Assembly: GCA_012295275.1 (NCBI GenBank)
Contig: CM022672.1
Coordinates: forward strand, 22,878,001 to 22,942,000
Direction of reading: 5' to 3'
DNA length: 64,000 nt
Origin: Chrysomallon squamiferum
Lineage: Eukaryota > Animalia > Mollusca
The notes beneath the pieces are model-generated. The model worked only from the letters and a program-made list of their open reading frames with translations, made no database searches and had not been told where the DNA came from. The stretch's first letter is position 1, and every line of letters begins with the position of its first letter. Positions 53,558 through 64,000 of this stretch are shown here, piece by piece. A program made the position numbers and the translations under genes.

Positions 53558-55844
53558 AGCTGGACCTCTGACATATGCATATATTTATAAATGATTAGAT
53601 ATCATTCATTTTTGTTTTTGGGTCTGCAATATTTTGGTAAATTGTGTGTGTGTGTGTGTAATGCATGCACACAGAAGAGAGTGATAATGTTACATTCTGG
53701 ACACTAAAGATTTTAAAAAAAACTGTTTATAATAGTAATCTTTTGAAACCAAACAACAAAGACTCTAAAAATTATCTTTCATTTCACCTACTTTTGTTGT
53801 TGTGGAATAAATGATATGTATCATGAATTGGTGTAAGCTTCTTCAAAATGCACCAGCAGATTTAATTATTAATAATGGTTGGAGTAATCATGCTGTGAGA
53901 TCTGTTGCTTTCATTATCATAGCATTTATATTCCACTTCAGTACAATAAATTATTTTATCTAACAGCTGAACGAACAGTGTGTTTTAGTTTCTTAATGTC
54001 TTTTTTTTTTATTGTTTTGTTAATTTCATGAAACTTCAAAGAACTTGATTGTTTTATTAATTTCAAGTGTGTGTATGTGTGTTTGTATGTTAATTAAGCA
54101 GAAGAAGAATATCAGTCTAACACTAATGTCATCTTGGAACTGATCAACAATAAACCAGTCTAGCCTATGACTGTCTGTAATGAAATGGTCATGGTTATGT
54201 TGTCCACTTCAAAATGTTTTGTATGAAAATGTCCATAGCATTAGCCTAGTTATAATGTAGAAGAGTTTCTCGAGTATCATAATTTCATGTAGACAATATA
54301 ACTTCATTTATTTGATTTTTTCACTATTTATTTTTAGTATTATTTTTAATTTTTAAAATTATTATTATTATTTTTTTTTTTAATGTATGTAATTGAACAC
54401 AGTGAATCCAAAACATTAATAATCTAATTAAGTGTGGATAAATTCACATTTGTGGCTGCAGTTTGAACTGTATTGTTAATGCTTAATCTTGCTGTCTTGA
54501 AAATAAAAATAAAGAACATATTTTACTTACATGTTAATAATTACTCCCATATATTTTAAAATATTTTATCACTTTGATTTATTAAGTTTTACACAGAAAA
54601 TGAAACAGATTCATCAATATCCTTAATAAAAAGTGTTCAGGTTATTTTTTTATATACTGCTAATATATATATTTTTTTAATTTAAATTTGTTTAATTACT
54701 CATTGGTTATTTATTATTTATTGCAACTATAAACATAATTTATAGAACTCAGAATTCTGTTGTGACAGCAACAAAATAAATAAATATCAAGCAGCCTTTG
54801 TTATATATAAGGTTCAGTTAAATGGCATTTAATTCAATTAATACACGTGCAGTTTACATACAGGTTAAAACAAATGTTACAAATAGTTTGCATTATTAAT
54901 TAAAAATCTCTTATTCTTCCAGAGTTGATAAATATCTTTAAATTATATAAATTATGTACATTTGAACCATAATAAAAAACTGAATCCACTATACAACTGT
55001 TGGCCAATTAATTTACAGGGAATCTTAAGTCATTAAGTATAACTGGAGATTATTTTATGTTTTTTCAAAACAATTGGACAACAGTATTTTGGAAATTACT
55101 TAGGAGACTTGGCTGGTCTCCGTCAATTTGGATTATGAACACTGACAAGTTGCAAACTGGGAACTAGAATGATAAATTTCATTCATTGTGACCTGCTCAT
55201 TGCAGGTGCAGTGGGTGCATAATTTGTTTTGTAAATCAATATTACTGTATTATTTATTACAAAATCCCATGTGACAGTATAGAGTTTTTAAAAAGGTATC
55301 TCTTGATTCTAAGCATTTAAATTCTTTGATAAATCTGCTGATTCACAAACCATTTAGCGTAATTTGGGGCATGACGAGTTTAAATTATCCAATAGAAAAC
55401 ACTACATGCCTTCATCTTGATGTACTGTACTATAATTGATATTTTCTCCAATGGCTCTGCAGAGAATCTGGGTTAGTAATTACTGATGACATCATGTCTG
55501 AAGCTGCAACTGCGAATAAAGTTATGAGCACCAAATGTGTCATTCGCATTGAGATCGCATAATTCCTAATTAATGTAATCTGTCAAAACCTCCATCAGCC
55601 ATCACAGTCATATTAAAACATTCTGTATTTTGACGGAAGTTATTTCATTTAACGGTGCCCCCAAACATTTTTATTCAACGATCACATACGACATCCAATA
55701 AGAGTGTATCCAGCTTCTGCTTTTTTTTAAAGAAAGACTTTATTCATTTATTTATTTTTACATTTCTGATGGACAGAGGAATAATATTACAATTAATTAA
55801 TTATTACTTTATTTATTTAGACAAAACAGATAAATTAAATTTAA

Positions 55845-55890
<46 letters not shown>

Positions 55891-56173
55891 ACAAAAAGCA
55901 CAACAACAACAACCCAAAAATGGCTTCATGATTTAACTACTGATTGTTTTTGATAGTTCCACAAACATAAGAATAATTAATACCAGGGCACTGAAATCAA
56001 TGATAAAATTTATGAAAAAGAAAAAAAAGTTAGGTGCTGCTTTGGCTTGTGATCTACTCCAAGCAAATTCTACTTTGGTGTCTGATCTACGCGCTTATTT
56101 TTATTATTTTGTTTGTTCTTGGTTTTCGCTGCATAAATGAAAAACAAATACAAAAAAGTATTTTTATTATATA

Positions 56174-56897
56174 CAGTGGTATCTTGACTTAAGAGTTTAA
56201 TTCGTTCCGTGACAGAGCTCGTAACTCAAATTTGCTCGTATATCAATCAATTTTCCCAAATGAAATTAACTGAAATACCATTAATCTGTTCCTTCCCCAC
56301 AAAAGCCACCCCAATTTTTTTTTAAGTAATATTGTATAAAAACAAAATAAAAGAGATTGTAAAGAAACAAATTGGTTTTGTAAAGTCTACAGGGTTAGGG
56401 TTTCTCCATCTTTTCATGGACTGCAGCTTAGAAATTATTTTAATGCCTTTGGCTAGGGTTATAGCCTTTATCGACTCCTTCTGCTTCAGTATGGTACATA
56501 TCATAAAAGTACTACCCTCATATTGCCTAGCCACTTTGACTACATGCACAACTCTCTCATGTTTTTCTATGATTTCATACTTAACTGCAATGGATGTCAT
56601 CCGCTTCTTCTTCTCAGTACAGTCCTTTGCACTCACTTTCTTAGGATCCATGGAAATTTGGCAAAATACTGCATAAAACGCAAGTCAACACAACAGAGAT
56701 GCTTCCACAGCGAGGTAACCACGTGAAACAAACAAGTGAGATGCAGGATGCTGGGCGGATGTTGTGTTGTTCGTTGCATCAATTAGCGGTGGTGTATCTG
56801 AATCTAGCTTGTAACTCGGATTTTGGCTTGCAACTCAAAGTAAAAAATCGACTGGAAATCTCATAAGTTGGAGCACTCGTAACTCGAGGTACCACTG
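56174..56897 (-). mobile_element. Tigger/pogo-type (Tc1/mariner superfamily) internally deleted element, 724 bp
   Basis: TIRs CAGTGGTATCTTGACTTAAGAGT / ACTCGTAACTCGAGGTACCACTG, with TA on the left flank only. Minus-strand ORF 56322-56651 encodes a CENP-B-type HTH N-terminus (MDPKKVSAKD..KKKRMTSIAVKYEIIEKHER..VARQY..ICTILKQKESIK); no DDE domain. Confidence 0.88.
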
Positions 56898-57377
56898 GGA
56901 AAAAGTATGCAAATTTGAATAATTTTTTCGATGAATCAGCGAACATCTGCTAAAAACGCAAGAAAAAGATTTTCCATCTTCTTCAAGCTTTTTTCATTTC
57001 TCCACCACATCGATGACATAGTGCAACATTTCTTTATTATCTACATTACAGGGGTGCGCAATCTTTCTGATCTTATAGGCCGCAGCGTTTTAACTTCACT
57101 GGCACTACAGCCACACAAATTTTATTGTTAATTATGTAAAACCTGAAAGCATAACACATATGATTTTGCTTAATTTTCTAACAGTGAATCTCTGCATATA
57201 TTTATATAATGAGTTCGTTTACAGTATTCTATGAGAACTGACTTCATCCCTCTATGATTCCCATTAAGGTCAAATATAAAACACTTAATAATATTATTAA
57301 TTACTTTCATAACAACTTGAAAATTGTCGGATCTTAAAATGAATACTGGACACTTTGTTGTGTACGGCATCTGAGAG

Positions 57378-57575
57378 TCATAGGAAATTCATGGTGTACA
57401 AGTGTTTATATTGACATGAAGCCTCGTTATATTTAAAATGAGATGCTAAATGTGACGAATCATCCTTCCCTCGGCCGCAGGCTGCGCACCCCTGATTTAC
57501 AAGGCCATTTCTTCGCAAAAATGCAAATGCCTTCATTTCGTCGCTGATCACTTTGTAAAAATCTTTAGCCAACAT
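57378..57575 (-). pseudogene. Possible Merlin/IS1595-like transposase N-terminal relic
   Basis: MLAKDFYKVISDEMKAFAFLRRNGLVNQGCAACG resembles the 'SDE..A..FL...GL..CxxCG' leader I recall from Merlin/ISXO2 transposases. No catalytic domain or paired TIR found. Confidence 0.33.
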
Positions 57576-57930
57576 CTTAAGTGTACTTCAGAAACTGAAA
57601 CGAACAATTAAAATCACAGAGTGGAATACAGGTGAACTACCAAATCATTTATCTGTTCAGAAATGAAGTTTGCCTGGATGTGATAGTGTTAATCTTAAAG
57701 GATTTTGAGGTCTTCCTATCTAATCCTTTTCCGATCCAAGCTAAGTCAAATCTGTTGTATAACTTTACCTGCCTGCTATAAACTGATATTTCCTGTTAAA
57801 GGAATTTAGTTATTCTTTCTTGTGACGCTCTTATCTTACAGAAATTTCCTATATATATATTTTGTGTGTGTGCTATAGATCGGCCTTTAAGTCATAGATC
57901 ACATGCCAAAGTAGCTCTGAAAAGTATATA

Positions 57931-58029
57931 CAGTGGTACCTTGACTTACGAGTTTAATTCGTTCCGTGACCGAGCTCGAATCTCAATTTTCTCGTATATC
58001 AAATCAATTTTCCCAGCTGAAATAAACTG

Positions 58030-58032
<3 letters not shown>
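57931..58032. mobile_element. Truncated left-end copy of the same Tigger-like family
   Basis: TA|CAGTGGTACCTTGACTTACGAGTTTAATTCGTTCCGTGAC..aactgaaa, near-identical to 56174-56275, terminating in a (CA)n tract. Confidence 0.85.

Positions 58033-58072
<40 letters not shown>
58032..58072. repeat. (AC)n microsatellite
   Basis: Direct read. Confidence 0.95.
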
Positions 58073-58074
<2 letters not shown>

Positions 58075-58090
58075 TATCGATATAGATAAA

Positions 58091-58137
58091 CAATGGTACC
58101 TCGACTTAGGAGTGCTCCAACTTAAGATATTTTCGAG
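58091..58137. mobile_element. Inverted right-end fragment of the Tigger-like family
   Basis: caatggtacctcgacttaggagtgctccaacttaagatattt is approximately the reverse complement of 56856-56897. Confidence 0.75.
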
Positions 58138-58933
58138 CGCACAAGAGGTGTTAGCTTTCAAGTGCTAACGACCCTATTAAAATATGGCTCGTTTCTTGTC
58201 TAGGGTTTGCTCCTTTGGTGGACCCGCTGTCTGTGTATTTAAGAAACTGTGACGATTGATTATAATAGATACATATATTTGCATATACTTCAGATATAAA
58301 CTATATATAATATCAAGTATCCACTATGAACACAAAAACAAAACACAATATTTATATTACAACTATATTTATTTATTTTGTTCTTTGTGGTCTCTCTCTC
58401 GTCTCTTTTGTCTTTTACTTAAAAAACACATCGCGGACTTCCCTGAAAAATTACTTTTGTCTTTCGCTTATGATCGTTAACTGTCAGGTGATTTCAGTAA
58501 CTGGATTAGCAGTAGATATTTATTTAATACATATTTTAAGGAATATTTGTAGAAATGAATGGTTAACAAATTTACTTACTTTAATGATGCATACAGGTTA
58601 ATTACGAGCTGTTAAACTGTATTAAATTAAGCTATTTAGGTAAATAGTAAATATCATATGTTACATTTTCAAAAACTGTACCTTGAAAGAACAACAATAT
58701 AAAACAGTATAATATGTAGAAAAAAAAGAGAAAAAAAAAAACTGCTAGCGAATTCTACAAGTAGGTGTAAACTAAACTGCGATCCGTCACTTAGTAAATA
58801 AGTTACGACCATTTTGCTAAGTAAAAGAAACACAGTAAAAAAATACATCTAATTATCGCTGATAAAACTTTCTAGAGCTTGAACGAGGCCCTATTAGGGT
58901 ATGGCTAAGGGCCCTACTACTTAAGATCACTTA

Positions 58934-58934
<1 letters not shown>

Positions 58935-59025
<91 letters not shown>
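58935..59025. repeat. Compound (GT)n(AT)n(AG)n microsatellite
   Basis: Direct read. Confidence 0.95.
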
Positions 59026-59030
<5 letters not shown>

Positions 59031-60845
59031 CGTCTTTCTTGCCCAAGAGATTATATACAGACATTTTTCCAGCTTTAATACTTAATAAAATGTATTAGTC
59101 ACTATTACGCCATTCCCTTGAATTATAAATAAACCTATTTTAATAGATTTAATTTTCTTCTACTGCACATATGTATGTTTGTGAGTTGGATACAAATTTA
59201 TTAAGTTTCTATTTAGCAGCATGTTATTATCAGTGAGATCAAAGGGCAGAACGACCCAGTAACAGTTCCGGCACACTGGTTCGGACTCGTTCCCAATCCT
59301 ATAATTATGCTTATGTCATAATTATGGTGATGCGGTGCAGAAAGTATGGAGAGCCATTATAAAATTTTGTTTAATACATGACAGATATGCTCATCGCGAA
59401 TTCATTTTTGAGCAAATGTTAATTATATATATTAAAAGATATAAGAACATTTTGTTTAAATCTGTACTTTTAGATTATTTTAAAAATCCCTTATTAATTA
59501 TTATAAGAGCGAAAATCTGCATGTTAATTCTTTATATAGCCTATATCTTAAACTGTATTTCATTTTCCGGTGCTTAATGTTTTCATTCATTCTTTAACGG
59601 TAATGTCTATCATAACGTGCTTTCATTACGTAATTATTTTAGCAGTCCTGCCACTGGCACAACTTCTGCTTTCCCACATCAATCTTGCCCATCGTACTCT
59701 ATGATAAGAGGATTAGAGATGTAACACTTTAGTAGCTTTATCTCACTGCGTTCAGTACATATATTGAATTGATTCGGCATATTATCTGGGATTAACTTTC
59801 GATGATTGGGACAACGTAACTTAGAACATTTTTGTGCACTTTAGTTTGATATTGTGCACAGTCACGCAGGCATAAATATGATTTAATACATAAGTATAAA
59901 ATAATTATTTACGTACTTTGATAAAGGCTGGCCTATAGAACGAAACAGAAGTTCCCCTTCGCTATAATATATATTTTTTGGCTTCATCTTTATATGTATG
60001 TATATATATATATATACGTTGTTTGCAGTTAATGCATTGGTATTCATTACTAGTTCACATATATAAATTCAAAAAATCTTTCTGAACACTTTTCTGTTAT
60101 GTGTATTTGTGTACGTGTGTGTGCGTGCGTGCGCGTGTGTATGTGTGTTCCTGATTGAAGAGAAAACGAATATGCTTTCATTGATAAATATAATATTATT
60201 TAATATGAGTCATCAAGTAGCAGAATAGGGATACAATTTATCATTATTTTGTTTCTCTTATGTTATCGGATAGTGACGTCTGTTTGTAAATCATTTTGGT
60301 TCTACAAAGAGAATCGCATTAATTATTCAGCATAACTGAATTTGGTTACACAGTGAAGTAAAAATATTGCCTAAGCATCTGATCATAGAAGGGCATATTT
60401 TTAGAAAATTATTTAGTAGCAATAAGGTGACCGGCGGGACCCTTTGGTGTTTGTATTGTTTTATTTATGTTGTAACTGAGGATTAAAACTGTGGAGGTCA
60501 AGTCAAATGTTGAGTGAATTTTGATCAAATGAACTATGTTTATCATCAGTTATCTTCGGTTAATTATATTCTACTTTTGAGTTATAATCTCTACACAAAA
60601 AAGTGGACGTCCTTCTACTGAAAATGTAAAATGTTTAACAGGACATTAATTATCTTTAACAATAAATATATTGTTTATGTTATGTAATATTCTTATTTAA
60701 ATTATATTAAATTATTAAAGTGTCTAATAAGCCAGTTTGTCTAAAATGTGTGTAGCATGTTTCTGTTAATCCATAACTTGACTTCATTAATAGAAATGTA
60801 GCTCAACGAAATTGGTCTAGGTTGGGTTGAATGTCCTCAAATATA

Positions 60846-60856
60846 TGCGCATGCGT
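60846..60856. promoter_or_regulatory. NRF1-type motif in the GPCPD1 promoter region
   Basis: TGCGCATGCGT, ~330 bp upstream of the GPCPD1 ATG, in an otherwise CpG-poor context. Confidence 0.55.
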
Positions 60857-61181
60857 CAGGAACTACCCTTAGCCGGTTCATCCTGTTCTATCTAGATCTT
60901 GACGGTATGGAATTGTTGTATAGTCATGGTTGAATTGGCACGGTGTTCTTTTTGACCTTTTTTCCATTTGTTTTATTTATTGGTCCATGAAGTTGTTTAT
61001 ATAAATATACGATGTAGCTAATATCGGTACTTGGACAAATCGAACTAAGGCGTTTTAGCCTTAGCATAAAATGAATCGAATAATACAATTATACACATGA
61101 TGATGGTGGTGATGAAACTCATGTAAATTTTAATCAGAAATAGAAAGGAACTTAGTACGGTTTCAGGTTCAGCTCATCGTG

Positions 61182-63984
61182 ATGTCTGCTGCAATTAGTT
61201 TTAACGTCCGTGTCCACACAGAGACAGACGATATCGTTGGTGTAGTTGGCAGCTCGTTTGAACTTGGCGAATGGGATCATGAAAGAGCAATTTTGTTAGA
61301 AAAACAGTTCAGGTAACATTAATTTATTAAACGTTTTTGTGATAATTATATTAATAATCGTATTTGTATCTGTCTTTTTTAATATTATATTTATTTTATT
61401 TTATCGACAGCTAAACTTAATATTACTTAGTTCATTTAACCATATATATTTTCCTCCCCGTCTGTTTTGATACGTTAATTCAGTAAATGGGTCACGTAAG
61501 TGAGAACGATTTAAATATGAAACCACAGACCCAAATATAAACAATAAACAGATATCTGACTCCTAAATACAAAAAACTGAAAGTATAATTATTTCAGCAT
61601 CTGTGATAAGACATGAGGGAAAAACTTCAAAATGATACCATATTTATTATTTATGATGGGTAACTTGAAAATATTTTCAAAAAGTACTGAAATAAATACT
61701 CAGTATACTATAATCAAATTGATGAAATTCTTATATCTCCCTTTAAAAGCAACAGAACTATGACATTTTCATGTAATCAAATTCTTTGCATGAAAATTAA
61801 ACTTCTATCTTAAATAAAGTTACAGATAATTAATTATATATATATATATATATATGTAATTATAAACATTTAGAAGAAGAATAAAAATTAAGATCCAATC
61901 TTCAACAAAAGGAAAAATTTAAATAAAATTATTCTGAAAAATTGTAAAAATTATTGAATTACAGTGCTAGTGACAGATACATGTGGCAGAATAGACATTG
62001 TGTTCTTTGGTAATGGTGAAACATGATTTTGTCATGCACCTGTAATAAATATTTTAATTATTAGCATATTCACACTGAAAATGAGAATGTACTTTAAATT
62101 ACAATTTCCTAGACCAGTGTCACTTTTTGTTTACATTGCATATGCATGAAACTGTAGATTATTTATGTTCATCTTCTCCTTAAAAATTACCTTTATACCA
62201 GGGAGACAATATTGCACACTTACAAATTTTCCTCAAAAGTTAATATACTCTTCATAAATTGCAGATTGTTTCTTTTTGTTTCTTCTCCAAATCAGAGAAA
62301 AATATTGAAAAATGATTTGATGTGACAGATATACATTCATTCTTTATAATTAATTGTGACTGAAATGAAAAAAAAATATATCCTATGAAGCATATGAATT
62401 AAAAATGTCTGTAATATGACTGAATAATGACAAACTCAGTTCCCAGAGATATCAAAAGTCAGTTATTAGTTTGAGACAACCATTGAAACATAATTTATAT
62501 GCAATCATTTAAAAATAATTTTGCATTCACTGTCCATTATAGTTACCATAGAAACCACAGATTCATACTTGAACATATTCATTTTTTAATATATTTTTTT
62601 AATTAGAAATGTTACTGATATATGCCATGTAGATATTTTATTCTAGTATGGTAAATGTGAATTTAGAATGATCTTTTGGACCAAAAGTGTTTGTGTGTGT
62701 ATCTATGTATCTATCTATCTATCTCTATCTATATATTGCACACACATGCTGTAATTCAAGAGATTAATGTAACACCAAATTAACATGAATTGGCTATCCT
62801 GTAGAAATCAAAAATATGTCAGCAAATTAATGTGAATAGTCCATCATTTAGTAAAAGTATATTAATGACTTTTGAGTTAGTGTTACTTTGTTCATTAATG
62901 ATATTCACTGTGTTTGCTTCACACTGATGTGAGTCATTCTTCTTTTATAAAGAGCATTTTGAAATAAGATTGTATTAGAAAACGGCATCAACAACTGGAA
63001 ACAAGATGTTGGAAAATAATTAACTTCTTTTCAGTTTTACATTGTTTGTTTGTATGTGTTTGTGGATTTTTAAAAACAAAATTTTGAAGGACGGAGAATT
63101 CTTTGTCTATATGCATATGTGTTTAATAGGTAAAGCATGTTTTTTTTCACCTTAAATTCCTGAATTACCATATTATTCATTTTTTTTATAGTTATATAGA
63201 CATATAAATACAGATGAACACTAAGAAAACAGAATATGAATTTTTTTCAAAATACTTTACACCAACATGGTATCTGTGGCATTTTTTTTTTCATATTTTA
63301 TATAGATAATTATATGTTATAAAACTTTGAAGAAACTAAATAGTAACTTTGATCCAAACTGATTTGTTTTAGGGATGTTTGGGCAAAGGTTGTTCATCTT
63401 AAAGATGGAGAAGAAGTAGAATATCGCTTCTTTGTTGGACGCTTTCTGGAAAATGATAATAATGAAAAAGGGTTAGAATTGACGATTGTACGCTGGGAAA
63501 CTCCTGTTAATCCTCGCTGTCTTACTGTGAATGGTATGTGAAAAATCATTAAATTGTATATTGATAAATTAATTATATAAATTATCCGAATAAAAATTTT
63601 CAAACTCAATTATGTTTTTTGTATTTTGAGTTGACATTTTTTTAATTATATGTGATGCTATAATTTAGCATGATTTTCAAACGGGAGTATAAAAAGTATA
63701 TCAATTTTAATGTGTATACATTGTCTATATATTATTTACACACTAAGGTTTTAAAAATATTTTGTGAAGAAATATTCTATGAATAGAAATTTGAATAGGT
63801 GTGTGGAGTTACAATTACATTTTTATACCTTTAATTCTGTTTCAGATGTTTAAAAAAAAAAGAAGAAAAAGTAAAATATATATTTCTCATCTTTTAAGAT
63901 TCCTTTGTTTTACTCTGTTTTCCTAATTGTTATTATTTGTTTCAGGACCAACAACTTTGCCAGTTGAGGAGTTTGGAAATTTCA
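61182..63984 (+). CDS. GPCPD1: Glycerophosphocholine phosphodiesterase GPCPD1/GDE5 (5' portion, CBM20 domain; continues beyond right edge)
   Basis: Exons 61182-61312, 63373-63533, 63946-63984 give MSAAISFNVRVHTETDDIVGVVGSSFELGEWDHERAILL..DVWAKVVHL..VEYRFFVGRFLE..TIVRWETPVNPRCL..EEFGNF. This is a CBM20 domain with the GPCPD1-specific 'WET...PR' and 'FG' segments. Confidence 0.82.
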
Positions 63985-64000
63985 GTAAGTGTTTGTAGAT

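Noticed and set aside
58140-60800. Short ORFs (58256, 58326, 59335) and other F/I/L/Y-rich ORFs in the track
   Set aside because: These are AT-rich low-complexity translations or antisense shadows of real exons, with no splice-consistent structure or motifs.

Overview
AT-rich, intron-dense animal genomic DNA, probably a lophotrochozoan invertebrate such as a mollusc (taxon is inference). Hand-splicing gives six protein-coding genes, all with GT-AG introns: AUP1 (minus, 5' part, runs off the left edge), TAF1B (plus, ~709 aa), a CYP26-family P450 (plus, ~494 aa), SNRNP200/BRR2 (minus, 45 coding exons, ~2144 aa), TTC1 (plus, ~356 aa) and GPCPD1 (plus, 5' part, runs off the right edge). AUP1/TAF1B and SNRNP200/TTC1 are head-to-head pairs. 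The most unusual object is a ~4.9 kb terminal-inverted-repeat element with a target-site duplication in SNRNP200 intron 1, which I cannot assign to a superfamily. It carries a higher-order ~199/191-bp tandem array with YY1-type motifs, a decayed C2H2 zinc-finger reading frame antisense to the host gene, and an internal duplication. Also seen: two in-frame candidate first exons for CYP26, hAT-type MITEs, a Tigger/pogo element with extra end fragments, a possible Merlin relic, and mini/microsatellites. All calls come from manual reading and recalled homology; no database searches were run.
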